Source of the DNA: an uncultured Methylomonas sp.
GTDB taxonomy: Bacteria; Pseudomonadota; Gammaproteobacteria; Methylococcales; Methylomonadaceae
Assembly (NCBI GenBank): GCA_964481455.1
Contig: CAYZUM010000001.1
Span: 1 to 57,164, forward strand
Reading direction: 5' to 3'
Length of the DNA stretch: 57,164 nt
How positions within the stretch are numbered: the first letter of the stretch is position 1; each line of letters starts with the position of its first letter. The position numbers were made by a program, and so were the translations under genes. Below the pieces are notes generated by a model. It was not told the origin of the DNA and made no database searches. It was given only the letters and a program-made list of their open reading frames with translations. Shown one piece after another: positions 30,558 to 41,703 of this stretch.

Positions 30558-31853
30558 ATGCATTATTTATATATTTCCTTAGTCTATCTATTGTTACCGT
30601 TTATTGCAGCTTTTCATTATTTTAGAAGTCTAAAAAAGAAAAACTATCATGCGCGATGGAAAGAATATCTAGGTTTTTATGCTAAAAAAAATGCTCAACA
30701 AGTGATTTGGGTGCACGCCGCATCTGTCGGAGAGGTCGAGGCAGCGAATGTATTAATCAATTATTTTTGCGATCATTCTTCTTTGCCAGTATTAGTGACT
30801 ACTAGTACTGAGCCAGGTTATCAGCGCATCCGTGTATTACAAGGTAATAGAGTTGAACATGTTTATTTGCCATTGGATATACCTGTGGCGATGACTCGTT
30901 TTTTTAATCGCTTTCGGCCAAAAGTGGCTGTTATTATGGAAACAGAAATCTGGCCGGTTTTATTTACAAAATGTGCACAAGATTCGGTGCCACTGTTTAT
31001 AGTGAATGCGAGATTGTCGGAAAAGTCAGCAAAGGGCTATAAAAAATTAAAGGTTTATTTACAAAAAATATTTTCAGGTGTAACGGCTGTTATTGTACAG
31101 ACTGAAGTAGACGCATGTCGTTATCGGGATATCGGCGTGAACCCAGGAATCATTACTGTATCTGGTAATATAAAATTAGATATGAAGATTCCAGAGTCAA
31201 TTAAAGAGCAGGCCGTCCAATTCAAACGTGATTTATTTCCGAATCGCTTGATTTTTGTTGTGGGTAGTACCCATCCGGGAGAAGAAGAGTTGTTTTTAAG
31301 CGTTTATCAGTGTTTAAAACAGCAGTTTCCTACGTTGTTATTAATATTGGTGCCGCGTCAACCAAGGCGTGCAGGTGACGTTATTACATTATGTCTGGCT
31401 GAGAAGCTTAATGTCGTTAAGCGAACAGAGAATAAAAGCTGTGCTACAGCCACGGATGTCTTTCTAGTGGATACTATCGGCGAACTGAAGCACATGTATG
31501 CAGTCGCTGATTGTAGTTTTGTTGCAGGAAGTATGGTACCTATAGGAGGGCATAATATTTTTGAGCCGATTTTACTTGGTGTGCCGGTGTTATTTGGTCC
31601 TTATATGAAAAACTCAGAGTTACTTGCGAAGCAGTTATTAGAGGCTAATGGAGCGGTCCAATGTGTTGATGTTGCAGGGATCATTCGTAGTGTGGCGCTA
31701 ATTTTCAATCAATCGCAAGAAAGAGAGCGACTGGTCAATGCAGGCCGTGCTTTTGTGGCACACAATAATGGCGCGTTACAGCGAACCATCGAACTTATTG
31801 ATGAGTTAAGCACGCGAACAAACCCAGACATCAACCTGTTTGATATTAGCTGA
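30558..31853 (+). CDS. waaA: Kdo transferase
   Basis: WVHAASVGE, METEIWP, NARLSEKS, GSTHPGEE, GGHNIFEP. Confidence 0.95.
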   Translation: MHYLYISLVYLLLPFIAAFHYFRSLKKKNYHARWKEYLGFYAKKNAQQVIWVHAASVGEVEAANVLINYFCDHSSLPVLVTTSTEPGYQRIRVLQGNRVEHVYLPLDIPVAMTRFFNRFRPKVAVIMETEIWPVLFTKCAQDSVPLFIVNARLSEKSAKGYKKLKVYLQKIFSGVTAVIVQTEVDACRYRDIGVNPGIITVSGNIKLDMKIPESIKEQAVQFKRDLFPNRLIFVVGSTHPGEEELFLSVYQCLKQQFPTLLLILVPRQPRRAGDVITLCLAEKLNVVKRTENKSCATATDVFLVDTIGELKHMYAVADCSFVAGSMVPIGGHNIFEPILLGVPVLFGPYMKNSELLAKQLLEANGAVQCVDVAGIIRSVALIFNQSQERERLVNAGRAFVAHNNGALQRTIELIDELSTRTNPDINLFDIS

Positions 31854-32507
31854 CTTTAGGGTTTTAGCTAACTCATTAGCTGTTGCGCCAGTGGTCATAA
31901 CGTCATCCAGAATAGCAATGTGCTTTGCTGTTGGTGGATGTACAAGCTGAAAGGCATTTTTAATATTTTTGTGTCTTTGTTTTGCGTTTAAAGAAACCTG
32001 ATGTGCGGTATTTTTTATGCGTCTGCAGCATGTGTTATCAATAGGGATTGATAATTCCTGAGCAATAATTTTACCAATTTCCAGCGTTTGATTATAACCC
32101 CTTTGGCGATAACGTTTCGGGTGTAGCGGGACAGGAATAATAAGTTCAGGTAATTCGGCATTTTTGAGCAAGTAGTTAGTTAGCAGCAGGCCCAATAGTC
32201 GGGTATTTTTATAGGCACCATTGAACTTGCAGTGATTAATAAGGTAACGTATTGTGCCTTGGTGAGGGTAGGGAGTATAAGTTTTATCAAAAGCCGGTGG
32301 GTTTGTCTGGCAAGCACCGCAAAGTGACCGGCTCAAATGATCGTTATCAAATTGTTTTGCGCAACAATCACAGTGATTGCCAATCTCTTGTTGCGCGTCA
32401 TAACAGGGCTGGCATATGTCCATATGCTTAATGCCTTTATTTCCACACAAGATACAAGTAGGCGGTAGCAAACTATATTGTATAATATCGCTCCAGTTGT
32501 TTACCAT
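31806..32507 (-). CDS. comF: ComF family protein
   Basis: N-terminal CxxC zinc ribbons, PVPLH..R..QRGYNQ, DDVMTTGAT. Confidence 0.92.
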   Translation of the reverse strand: MVNNWSDIIQYSLLPPTCILCGNKGIKHMDICQPCYDAQQEIGNHCDCCAKQFDNDHLSRSLCGACQTNPPAFDKTYTPYPHQGTIRYLINHCKFNGAYKNTRLLGLLLTNYLLKNAELPELIIPVPLHPKRYRQRGYNQTLEIGKIIAQELSIPIDNTCCRRIKNTAHQVSLNAKQRHKNIKNAFQLVHPPTAKHIAILDDVMTTGATANELAKTLKSANIKQVDVWVCSRA

Positions 32508-32568
32508 TTTTAGTATTTTGGTTGATTAGTCGATTTTATCGCTCATTTAGCCTATGGAGATTAACAGA

Positions 32569-33555
32569 ATGTCAGCAGTAGCAGTCAATAAAAATTCCAA
32601 GTTACGCCATGATTGGCAATTAGACGAAGTAACAGCCTTATTTAATCAACCTTTTAATGATCTTCTTTTTCAGGCGCAGATTATGCATCGTGCCCACTTC
32701 GACCCCAATGAAGTACAGATTAGTAGCCTATTAAGTATTAAAACCGGCTCTTGTTCTGAAGATTGTGCTTATTGTCCGCAAAGTGCCCGTTATGATTCTG
32801 ATATAACACCTGAAGCGTTAATGCCTATCGATGAGGTTTTAAAATCAGCCCAGCAAGCAAAGGACCAGGGCGCTTCTCGTTTCTGTATGGGGGCTGCATG
32901 GCGTAGTCCCAAGGATAAAGATATAGAGCGTGTAGTGGAGATGGTGCAAGGTGTTAAAGCGATGGGTATGGAGACCTGCGTCACTTTAGGGATGCTAACC
33001 GATGAGCAGACGGCAACTTTGAAAGCGGGAGGGCTGGATTATTACAACCATAATCTGGATACTTCCGAAGATTATTATTCAGAAGTAATTACCACGCGAA
33101 CCTATCAAGATCGTCTGGATACTTTGGGGCGTGTGCGTGATGCAGGAATTAATGTGTGTTGTGGTGGTATAGTGGGGATGGGGGAAAGCGATAGTGACAG
33201 GGCAAAGCTCCTTATCGAACTGGCTAATTTACCTAAACACCCTGAAAGTGTGCCGATTAATATGCTAGTACAAGTTGAAGGGACACCATTAATGGGAACT
33301 GAGCAACTCGACCCTATTATGTTTATTCGTATGATTGCTGTCGCGCGATTGTTAATGCCTGAATCGCGGGTTAGGTTGTCGGCGGGGCGTGCTAATATGT
33401 CGGATGAAATGCAGGCATTATGCTTTTTTGCCGGTGCTAATTCTATTTTTTATGGGGATAAATTATTAACCACAGACAACCCTATGACAAATCATGATTT
33501 GGCGTTATTTGAGCGTCTGGGTGTGCGCTCTGCCGGATCGAGTTACGCGCAGTAA
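32569..33555 (+). CDS. bioB: Biotin synthase
   Basis: CSEDCAYC radical SAM motif, [15 protein letters not shown]; GGAG RBS before ATG 32569. Confidence 0.97.
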   Translation: MSAVAVNKNSKLRHDWQLDEVTALFNQPFNDLLFQAQIMHRAHFDPNEVQISSLLSIKTGSCSEDCAYCPQSARYDSDITPEALMPIDEVLKSAQQAKDQGASRFCMGAAWRSPKDKDIERVVEMVQGVKAMGMETCVTLGMLTDEQTATLKAGGLDYYNHNLDTSEDYYSEVITTRTYQDRLDTLGRVRDAGINVCCGGIVGMGESDSDRAKLLIELANLPKHPESVPINMLVQVEGTPLMGTEQLDPIMFIRMIAVARLLMPESRVRLSAGRANMSDEMQALCFFAGANSIFYGDKLLTTDNPMTNHDLALFERLGVRSAGSSYAQ

Positions 33556-33592
33556 ACATTCAGTATATAACAATATTAACGGAGAGCAGACT

Positions 33593-34078
33593 GTGAATAT
33601 CAATGAATTCTGGAATATTATAAACAAAGGAAAGTCCACTGCTGAAAGCACAAAAATCATTCGCGAAGAAATAAAAAAGCTGCCGTCAAGTGAAGTGATA
33701 TCTTATCAGCAGCACTTTGAACAGTTAGTTGCGCAGGCCTATCAATGGAAGCTCTGGGGGGCTGCTTATATCATTGGGGGAGGGTGTTCTGATGATGGTT
33801 TTATGGATTTCAGATATGGCTTAATTGCCAAAGGAAAAGATATTTATGACCGTGCACTCATTAACCCGGATTCATTAGCAAAGATTGGAGTTGATGTCGA
33901 AATTGAAAACGAGTTATTTGGCTATATTGCGCAACAAGTTTATCAGGATCTGACAGGTAAAGAAATGCCCATAACAGAGATAAATGTCTCGGATGGACCC
34001 TCTGGAAAAGAGTGGGATTTTGATGATGAAGATGAATGTAACAAACAACTTCCACAACTCAGTAAATTATATATGTGA
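33593..34078 (+). CDS. DUF4240 family protein
   Basis: EFWNII, LWGAAYIIGGGCSDDGFMDFR; GGAG RBS before GTG 33593. Confidence 0.85.
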   Translation: MNINEFWNIINKGKSTAESTKIIREEIKKLPSSEVISYQQHFEQLVAQAYQWKLWGAAYIIGGGCSDDGFMDFRYGLIAKGKDIYDRALINPDSLAKIGVDVEIENELFGYIAQQVYQDLTGKEMPITEINVSDGPSGKEWDFDDEDECNKQLPQLSKLYM

Positions 34079-34230
34079 AGGGAATTTAAGGCTTTTGTTC
34101 TCTGAGATAGAGGCTTACAAGGCTCTGACAAGCTCTGAGTACCAAGAATAATGTGAGTTAATCTGGAAAATTAAGAGCAGGGCGCGGAATAAGACATACT
34201 TTGGCAGTGGCAGGCAGAAAGTAGACCTTA

Positions 34231-34504
34231 GGGAGCTGGTAATAAACGACTCATCTGTAGGTGCGAATTCAGTCACGGGATATAAGGCAATTCGCAATAA
34301 ATAACCCACCCATCTTGCTTGTCTTTTTGTCCATATTCAGTGTTGTAGAAATAGTTACGTAGCCTGCTATGCGCCTATTTCTACGCCTTGAAGACGAACA
34401 AAAATCCTGCGCAATATGGGTAGTTTATTTATTGCGAGTTACCTAAGTGTCTAGACCTGCAAACCTAGCCTTAAAAAGTTGCTCATTTATTTAATGTACG
34501 TTCC
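34231..34504. mobile_element. A-type-armed REP-core element (family I) with nested A copy
   Basis: TTA|GGGAGCTGGTAATAAA...TTATTTAATGTACGTTCC|TTA; core CATCTGTAGGTGCGAATTCA...CCTGCAAACCTAGC also found inverted at ~20266-20325. Confidence 0.7.
34286..34443. mobile_element. Family A MITE
   Basis: TAA|GGCAATTCGCAATAAATAA...TTATTGCGAGTTACC|TAA. Confidence 0.9.
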
Positions 34505-34587
34505 TTAGGGTTATTAAATTCTAAGTGTAGCGACTTGTCTATAGGATCTGTTCTCCCTCAAAGTTAAATTTTGACAAAGGAAGATGA

Positions 34588-35754
34588 ATGTCTGCTAATT
34601 CCAGTGGATTGAGTGACTCGCTAGAGGCACTAAAGCAAGAAAACTTATACCGCACTAGGAAAACCATTGACTCAGCACAGGGAATATATTTACAGGTTGA
34701 GGGACGAAGAGTGCTGAATTTTTGTAGTAATGATTATTTAGGTTTAGCCAATCATCCAGAGCTTATTGCTTCCTTTAAACTGGCTGCTGATAAATATGGC
34801 GTAGGCAGTGGTTCTGCGCATTTAGTCTGTGGGCATAGCAGAGAACATCAAATCTTAGAAGAAGAATTGGCTCATTTTACAGGGCGTGAACGGGCATTAT
34901 TGTTTTCGACGGGTTATATGGCAAATGTAGGTGTGATAGCTGCCTTAATGGGTAAAGGCGATGTGGTCTTCCATGATAAATTCAATCATGCTTCATTACT
35001 TGATGGTGGCGTATTGTCGGGTGCACGTTTTAAGCGTTACTTGCATAAGGATATCAATAATCTGCAGTTAAAAATACTAAGAAATCAAACGTCCGGCAAG
35101 TCTATGATTGTGACCGACGGAGTCTTCAGTATGGATGGCGATTGTGCTTCTTTGCCTTCCCTTGTAGCAATAGCGCAACAAAATAATGCCTACTTAATGG
35201 TTGATGATGCCCACGGTTTTGGCGTTTTAGGAGCGTCAGGGGCAGGGCTGGTGGAGCAATACCAGTTAGATCAGCATCAGGTTCCTTTATTGGTAGGCAC
35301 GTTTGGTAAGGCATTCGGCACTAGTGGTGCATTTGTAGTGGGTTCTGAGTTAATGATAGAAACCTTGATTCAAAAAGTACGTACTTATATATATACCACA
35401 GCATTACCCCCTGCTATCGCAGCGGCAACACGGACAAGTCTGCAACGAGTGCAGCAAGATGGCTGGCGTAGAGAAAAACTGAAAAGGTTGATAGAGCGAT
35501 TTAAAGCAGGTGCAAAACAAATAGGTTTGGCTGTTATGCCATCTGAATCTGCAATTCAGCCTGTCTTGCTAGGCAGTAGCCACAAGGCAATGCAAGCGAG
35601 CGAATATTTATTAAAACAGGGATTATGGGTTAGTGCGATACGTCCGCCAACAGTACCGCAGGGAAGTGCTCGCTTACGCATCACCTTTTCTGTATCACAT
35701 AATGAACAGCATATTGATCAGTTATTGAGTGCTTTGCAGAGCGTACCGGCATGA
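34588..35754 (+). CDS. bioF: 8-amino-7-oxononanoate synthase
   Basis: FCSNDYLGL, VFSMDGD, DDAHG, GTFGKAFG, AIRPPTVP. Confidence 0.96.
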   Translation: MSANSSGLSDSLEALKQENLYRTRKTIDSAQGIYLQVEGRRVLNFCSNDYLGLANHPELIASFKLAADKYGVGSGSAHLVCGHSREHQILEEELAHFTGRERALLFSTGYMANVGVIAALMGKGDVVFHDKFNHASLLDGGVLSGARFKRYLHKDINNLQLKILRNQTSGKSMIVTDGVFSMDGDCASLPSLVAIAQQNNAYLMVDDAHGFGVLGASGAGLVEQYQLDQHQVPLLVGTFGKAFGTSGAFVVGSELMIETLIQKVRTYIYTTALPPAIAAATRTSLQRVQQDGWRREKLKRLIERFKAGAKQIGLAVMPSESAIQPVLLGSSHKAMQASEYLLKQGLWVSAIRPPTVPQGSARLRITFSVSHNEQHIDQLLSALQSVPA

Positions 35755-36527
35755 CAGGGATGCATAAAGAAGTTTTTGGAGTAGGTAGACCGGTTGTGAT
35801 GTTGCATGGGTGGGCGATGCATACAGGTGTATGGCGAACATTTGCGCAGGCTTTAGCAGCAAATCGGCAGGTTGTATGCCTGGATTTGCCAGGGCATGGT
35901 TTAAGCATAAGTGTTGAGCCCTATATATTAGAATCAATTGTGGATATCATCGCAAAAGAACTTCCTGAACAGGAGTGCGATATAGTGGGCTGGTCTCTGG
36001 GAGGAAATATAGCATTGCGCCTAGCAGAAAAATACCCACAGCGCGTTAATTCTCTAGTGTTGATTGCCTGTAACCCTGTTTTTCTTAAAACAGACTCATG
36101 GCCAGGAGTGAGTTCTGAGATTCTAAAAGAGTTCGCTAATAATTTACAGAAAAATTCAGCACAAACTGTGCTACGATTTATGGCTTTGCAGGTGCAGGGT
36201 AGGCCAGAAGCGAAATCAAGTTTAAAACAAATTAAAGTCGCTATGCAAGAGTGTCAGCTACCTACGTTAAATGTTTTAAGGAAGGGGCTAGAGATATTGC
36301 AATTCGCAAATCAAAGAAAAGCATTAGGCGAGTTGAAAATGCCAGTACTGATGATTTTAGGAGAGCATGACACCTTGGTGCCTGTATTAGTCGCTGAGCA
36401 TAGCCAGGCTGTTCAGCCCCTACTCAAGATAGAGGTCATTGCGGGTGCAGGGCATGTACCTTTTATCACACATCAGAAACAGTTATTAGCTGTTATTCTG
36501 TGCTTTATGCAGCGAGTATCTCTTTAA
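35751..36527 (+). CDS. bioH: Pimeloyl-ACP methyl ester esterase
   Basis: LHGW, DLPGHG, GWSLGG, GHVPF; bio operon context. Confidence 0.92.
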   Translation: MTGMHKEVFGVGRPVVMLHGWAMHTGVWRTFAQALAANRQVVCLDLPGHGLSISVEPYILESIVDIIAKELPEQECDIVGWSLGGNIALRLAEKYPQRVNSLVLIACNPVFLKTDSWPGVSSEILKEFANNLQKNSAQTVLRFMALQVQGRPEAKSSLKQIKVAMQECQLPTLNVLRKGLEILQFANQRKALGELKMPVLMILGEHDTLVPVLVAEHSQAVQPLLKIEVIAGAGHVPFITHQKQLLAVILCFMQRVSL

Positions 36528-37318
36528 TGACTGACTGTGTACTCGATAAACGGCAAATGAGAAAGTCATTTGCAAAGGCTGCTCTGAGCTATGATGCAAT
36601 GGCTGTATTGCAGCGTCAGGTAGGGCGAGCATTAATCCCTAAGGTTGCCTTGGCGCATGATGCATTGCTTGTTGATGTGGGTTGCGGTACCGGGTTTTTT
36701 ACCCAGCAGTTACGTGAAACAGCACTGTTAAAAAATATATTCGGATTAGATATTGCATTCCCCATGCTATTAAAAACACAGGATAGGTTAAGTACAACTC
36801 CTTTGCTCTGTGCAGATGCCGAACAGCTTCCTTTTGTGAGCCATTGTCTTGATGGTCTTGTGTCTAATCTGGCATTGCAGTGGTGTTTAGAGATAGAAAG
36901 CATGTTTGTTGAAGTGCGGCGTGTGTTAAAAGCAAAGGGTCAATTTGTGTTTTCCACCTTTGGAGAGCGTGCCTTATATGAGCTAAAGAATGCGTGGGCG
37001 CAAGTGGATGAATACCCACATGTCAACGAGTTTTGTCGCTTGTCAGAGATTAAGCAGCAGCTACAAGCAGCGGGGTTTATTGATGTGCAGATAGAAAGTC
37101 AGTTATATCTCGTTAAATATCGCAGCGTTATTGAGTTGATGCGTGAATTAAAAGGAATCGGCGCGCATAATGTTAGCCAGGCGCGTAATAGACAGTTAAC
37201 AACGAAAGGGCAGTTGCAAGCACTACTGGAAGCCTATCCAAAAGATATAGATGGTCAGATTACTGCTAGTTATGAAGTCATTTTTGTACGAGCAACGACT
37301 GGGTCAGGTTCACTATAG
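36527..37318 (+). CDS. bioC: Malonyl-ACP O-methyltransferase
   Basis: DVGCGTG, SNLALQW, LKGIGA; start ATG 36527. Confidence 0.92.
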   Translation: MTDCVLDKRQMRKSFAKAALSYDAMAVLQRQVGRALIPKVALAHDALLVDVGCGTGFFTQQLRETALLKNIFGLDIAFPMLLKTQDRLSTTPLLCADAEQLPFVSHCLDGLVSNLALQWCLEIESMFVEVRRVLKAKGQFVFSTFGERALYELKNAWAQVDEYPHVNEFCRLSEIKQQLQAAGFIDVQIESQLYLVKYRSVIELMRELKGIGAHNVSQARNRQLTTKGQLQALLEAYPKDIDGQITASYEVIFVRATTGSGSL

Positions 37319-37329
37319 AAAAGGCGTAA

Positions 37330-37485
37330 GGAGCGTGCATGAAATAAGTTGAGCAACTGACTTGTCCTTTTGCCCATCTTCTTTGTTGCGAAAATAGTTA
37401 CGTAGCCTGCTATGCGCCTATTTACGCATCTCGAAGACGAACAAAAATACAGCGCCAGTTGCTCAATTTATTCCGTGCACATTCC
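37330..37485. mobile_element. Family A MITE (arm type GGAGCGTGCATG)
   Basis: TAA|GGAGCGTGCATGAAATAAGTTGAGCAAC...GTTGCTCAATTTATTCCGTGCACATTCC|TAA. Confidence 0.88.
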
Positions 37486-38156
37486 TAAGGGGGTAGAAAT
37501 TAATAATCATCCAATTTTTAAAGCTGTTACGCTAATTTAAGTGATATTTCTAGAGAGTTTTGGGCATCCTTTAAATACCTGTGCGAAATGCGGACATATA
37601 GAAACTGTAGAGCGGACTTCAGTCCGTACGGTCTATATAGTAATGGCACGACTTTAAGCAGTTAATTAAATAATTCAATTGGTTACAGGAGTTTTTATAC
37701 ATTTTTTTGATTTTATAAAAATGGCTGATTTAGAATACTCCTTTATTTATGCTTCATTATGAATTGCTGATATTCTTTTTAATGCTGGAATTAAGATATA
37801 ACATATTTTTTTAAAATTACTAAATCCTTAAGGTCGTGTCATATCAGTTGGTGGCAGTGATTTTATATTCAAGAGCAAGGTTGCATTTGGGAACAAATTT
37901 TTATTGGCATGTAAAAGATTGTAAATAAAGAATAACATTCCATTTTTATGATGAGTCGCGTGCAATAAATTTAAAGTAAACGCTGAAACTTGGGAAAAGA
38001 GGAAAACATCCCTAGCTTAGCAATGATTCATGAGTTAAAATTATAAGGTTTTATGTGATAAGAATAATAAGGATAGTTCTGCTAAGGGAATAATGGCCGA
38101 TCACAACAATTTTAACGCATTTAACCAGTTTATTATTAATTAGAGGAGGCTACTCC

Positions 38157-39323
38157 GTGATAAAAGCAACGCAATTATTCGCCGGTATAACCCTGATGGC
38201 CACTGGTCTTGGGGCAGCGCAGGCGGACTATACTCTCAACTTAATGGAGGGCGTGACAAAACTTAGTCATGAAGTATATAGTTTACATATGCTCGTGTTT
38301 TGGGTATGTGTCGCCATTGGTATCGCCGTGTTTGGTACCATGTTTTACTCAATTTACTTTCACCGAAAGTCGAGAGGGTATGAAGCATCAAATTTCCATG
38401 AAAGCACGAAAATAGAAATATTATGGACAATCATTCCAACTGTCATTTTGATTTTATTGGCTATTCCAGCCACTCGAGTCATGATAGATATGGATGATAC
38501 TAGAGATTCTGAAATGTCCATTAAAGTCACGGGGTGGCAATGGAAATGGGAATATGAATATCTGGACAATGGGGTGCATTTTTTCAGTAGTCTGGATGAG
38601 GCAAGTAATAAAGCCAGGCAGTTGAATTCGGGTATTGATCCACGTACGGTACCTAATTATTTATTAGAAGTTGATAAACCTTTAGTCGTTCCAGTGAACA
38701 CTAAAATTCGTTTCCTGTTTACGGCAGCAGATGTTATTCACTCTTGGTGGGTGCCTGATTTAGGCTGGAAAAAAGATACCATTCCAGGCTATATCAATGA
38801 AGCATGGACTAGTGTTGAAAAGGCTGGGACTTATCGTGGTCAGTGCACTGAACTTTGTGGCAAAGACCATGGTTTTATGCCAATTGTTGTTATCGCAATG
38901 GAAAAACCTGATTACGCAGCTTGGGTTGCTGAGCAAAAAGGTCTTGCTGCTGATAATGCAGCTGCCGCTGAAAAAGAATGGTCTCAGGAAGATTTACTGG
39001 CTAAAGGTGAAAGCGTTTATGCAAATAACTGCTCGTCGTGTCATATGGCCGATGGGGCTGGTTTACCAGGTACTTTTCCGGCAATTACTGGAAGTTCGCT
39101 GGTAACCGGCGGTATGAATGCACAAGTCGAGTTAATGCTGAATGGTAAGGGTATGATGCCTGCATTCGGGCAAATGCTAGACCCAGTTGATTTTGCAGCA
39201 GTATCAACCTTTATCCGTAATGGCTTAGGGAATTCCGTTGGTGATTCAATACAGCCAGCTGCGATAAAAACATTGCAAGCCGCGATTCCAGCTATCGAAT
39301 ATGACGACGATGATGACGATTAA
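38157..39323 (+). CDS. coxB: Cytochrome c oxidase subunit II with C-terminal cytochrome c domain
   Basis: WQWKWEY, DVIHSWW, CTELCGKDHGFM CuA motif; CSSCH heme c. Confidence 0.96.
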   Translation: MIKATQLFAGITLMATGLGAAQADYTLNLMEGVTKLSHEVYSLHMLVFWVCVAIGIAVFGTMFYSIYFHRKSRGYEASNFHESTKIEILWTIIPTVILILLAIPATRVMIDMDDTRDSEMSIKVTGWQWKWEYEYLDNGVHFFSSLDEASNKARQLNSGIDPRTVPNYLLEVDKPLVVPVNTKIRFLFTAADVIHSWWVPDLGWKKDTIPGYINEAWTSVEKAGTYRGQCTELCGKDHGFMPIVVIAMEKPDYAAWVAEQKGLAADNAAAAEKEWSQEDLLAKGESVYANNCSSCHMADGAGLPGTFPAITGSSLVTGGMNAQVELMLNGKGMMPAFGQMLDPVDFAAVSTFIRNGLGNSVGDSIQPAAIKTLQAAIPAIEYDDDDDD

Positions 39324-39383
39324 TCTGCCATGATTATTGTTCTAGAATCGAATTCTTTATTTAGTATTTAAGAGGTATTAATT

Positions 39384-40997
39384 ATGTCTGCTGCTATAGC
39401 TGAGCATGAACACGATGATCATCATGATCATGGGCCTGAAAAAGGCTTGTTAAGGTGGATCATTACCACTAACCATAAAGATATAGGCACACTTTATTTA
39501 TTTTTTGCGCTGGCCATGTTTTTTGTAGGTGGCTCAATGGCATTAATAATACGTGCAGAATTATTTGAACCAGGCCTGCAATTTGTCACTCCGCAGTTTT
39601 TTAACTCGATGACTACCATGCATGCTTTGGTCATGGTATTTGGGGCTGTTATGCCGGCGTTTGTTGGTTTTGCCAACTGGCAGATTCCCTTGATGATTGG
39701 TGCGCCAGATATGGCATTGCCAAGAATGAATAATATGAGTTTCTGGATGCTGGTCGCCGGAATACTTTTATTAGCGAGTACTTTATTTATGGAAGGCGGT
39801 GCGCCAGCCTCAGGCTGGACATTGTACCCGCCTTTAGTTTTGCAAACAGGTGCGGCGTTACCCTTTGCAATCTTCTCAGTGCATTTATTAGGTATCTCTT
39901 CGATTATGGGAGCCATCAATATTATTGCTACTATTTTCAATATGCGCGCCCCAAAAATGACATTAATGAAAATGCCATTATTTGTCTGGACCTGGTTAAT
40001 CACCGCTTTCTTACTGATAGCCATTATGCCTGTGTTTGCCGGGGCTGTGACAATGCTATTAACAGATCGCTTTTTTGATACCAGTTTTTTCGATGCGGCG
40101 GGTGGTGGTGATCCTGTGCTGTATCAACATATTTTCTGGTTCTTTGGGCATCCAGAAGTGTATGTGATGATTCTACCTACTTTCGGTATCGCTTCGACAA
40201 TTATCCCTGTTTATGCTCGCAAGCCTTTGTTTGGATATAGCTCTATGGTTTATGCAACAGCAGCCATTGCTTTCCTATCCTTTGTTGTCTGGGCGCATCA
40301 TATGTTTACCGTCGGGATGCCAATAGCGGGGGAGTTATACTTTATGTATGCAACCATGCTTATCGCCATTCCGACTGGGGTTAAAATTTTCAACTGGACT
40401 GCCACGATGTGGCAAGGGTCTATGACATTTGAAACGCCGATGTTATTTTCAATAGCCTTTGTCGTGTTATTTACCTTAGGTGGCTTTACTGGCTTAATGA
40501 TGGCATTGGCCCCGGTTGACTTCCAGTATCATGATACCTATTTTATTGTTGCTCATTTTCATTACACCTTAGTGCCTGCATCCATTTTTATTATTATGGC
40601 CGGTGCTTATTTCTGGTTGCCTAAATGGACTGGGCATATGTACGATGAAAAATTAGCGACCTTTCACTTTTGGCTATCTGCGATATCCGTCAATATTTTA
40701 TTCTTTCCTCAGCATTTTCTTGGGTTAGCAGGAATGCCTCGTCGTATCCCAGATTATGCAGTGCAATTTGCTGACTGGAATATGGTCTCTAGTATTGGTG
40801 CTTTTATCTTTGGCTTTAGTCAGTTGTTATTTGTCTATATTGTGATCAAAACAATTAGAGGCGGTACCGGTGAAAAGGTCACTGATGAAGTCTGGGAAGA
40901 TGCGCATAAGCATGGCTTAGAATGGACGTTGCCTTCGCCAGTGCCTTATCATACTTTCGCCACACCACCTGACAAAATTCCGACAGAACCTTTTTAA
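39384..40997 (+). CDS. coxA: Cytochrome c oxidase subunit I (type A1)
   Basis: [30 protein letters not shown]. Confidence 0.97.
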   Translation: MSAAIAEHEHDDHHDHGPEKGLLRWIITTNHKDIGTLYLFFALAMFFVGGSMALIIRAELFEPGLQFVTPQFFNSMTTMHALVMVFGAVMPAFVGFANWQIPLMIGAPDMALPRMNNMSFWMLVAGILLLASTLFMEGGAPASGWTLYPPLVLQTGAALPFAIFSVHLLGISSIMGAINIIATIFNMRAPKMTLMKMPLFVWTWLITAFLLIAIMPVFAGAVTMLLTDRFFDTSFFDAAGGGDPVLYQHIFWFFGHPEVYVMILPTFGIASTIIPVYARKPLFGYSSMVYATAAIAFLSFVVWAHHMFTVGMPIAGELYFMYATMLIAIPTGVKIFNWTATMWQGSMTFETPMLFSIAFVVLFTLGGFTGLMMALAPVDFQYHDTYFIVAHFHYTLVPASIFIIMAGAYFWLPKWTGHMYDEKLATFHFWLSAISVNILFFPQHFLGLAGMPRRIPDYAVQFADWNMVSSIGAFIFGFSQLLFVYIVIKTIRGGTGEKVTDEVWEDAHKHGLEWTLPSPVPYHTFATPPDKIPTEPF

Positions 40998-41068
40998 GGT
41001 AAGGGGGCTTGGTCTGCATGGATTATTTCTTGTAGATCAAGCGAGCAGTGATAAATTGAACTGAGATA

Positions 41069-41164
41069 ATGAAGACTAAAACAAAAAATATATTGACTGT
41101 TATTGCTCTTACGAGCATTGCAATTACAATTTATATTTTAGTTGTAATAAGGGTGACTTCTTAG
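41069..41164 (+). CDS. Small single-TM protein, probable oxidase assembly peptide (absent from the ORF track)
   Basis: MKTKTKNILTVIALTSIAITIYILVVIRVTS; stop overlaps the ctaG start. Confidence 0.65.
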   Translation: MKTKTKNILTVIALTSIAITIYILVVIRVTS

Positions 41165-41694
41165 TGATATCGGCTGATTTAGAGCAGAGGAATAAAAAGA
41201 CAGTACGAAGTCTACTTTTTGTCGTATTGGTGATGTTTATGTTTGCAGTAGCCTTGATACCTTTGTATGATATTTTGTGCGAAATTACAGGTATTAATGG
41301 CAAAACCAGGCAAGAATCTTCTGTTTTAAATTATACGGTTGATACACAGCGGAACATAAACTTTGAATTTATTACTTCTCTAGGTGCCGGTACTGGCTTG
41401 GAATTTAAAGCAGATAAGTACCAGCTAAAAGTGCACCCTGGTGAAGTCATAACGATGACATATACAGCAATAAACAAAACAGATAAACGTATGCTTGCCA
41501 AGGCAAATCCCAGTGTTACGCCGGGACCGGCTGTAGGGTACGTTAAAAATACTAAGTGTTTTTGTTTTGATACACAGGTTTTTGAAGCAGGTGAGACTAA
41601 GCATCTTGAAGTGCAATTAGTCCTTGACCCAGCTTTACCTGCACGCTACAAAAGATTGACATTTGGGTTAACATTTTATGATACTACTAATTAA
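41164..41694 (+). CDS. ctaG: Cytochrome c oxidase copper assembly protein CtaG/Cox11
   Basis: PLYDILCEITG, KCFCF. Confidence 0.93.
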   Translation: MISADLEQRNKKTVRSLLFVVLVMFMFAVALIPLYDILCEITGINGKTRQESSVLNYTVDTQRNINFEFITSLGAGTGLEFKADKYQLKVHPGEVITMTYTAINKTDKRMLAKANPSVTPGPAVGYVKNTKCFCFDTQVFEAGETKHLEVQLVLDPALPARYKRLTFGLTFYDTTN

Positions 41695-41703
41695 TAGGGG
41701 ATA

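Noticed and set aside
31806-31853. 48-bp convergent overlap of waaA and comF
   Set aside because: Short tail-to-tail overlaps are common; no sign of function.
38950-39323. Cytochrome c domain fused to CoxB as a novelty
   Set aside because: This fusion is common in gammaproteobacterial aa3 oxidases.
39494-40024. Long antisense ORFs inside coxA, ftsY, gltB and others
   Set aside because: Shadow frames of well-supported genes with no recognisable motifs.
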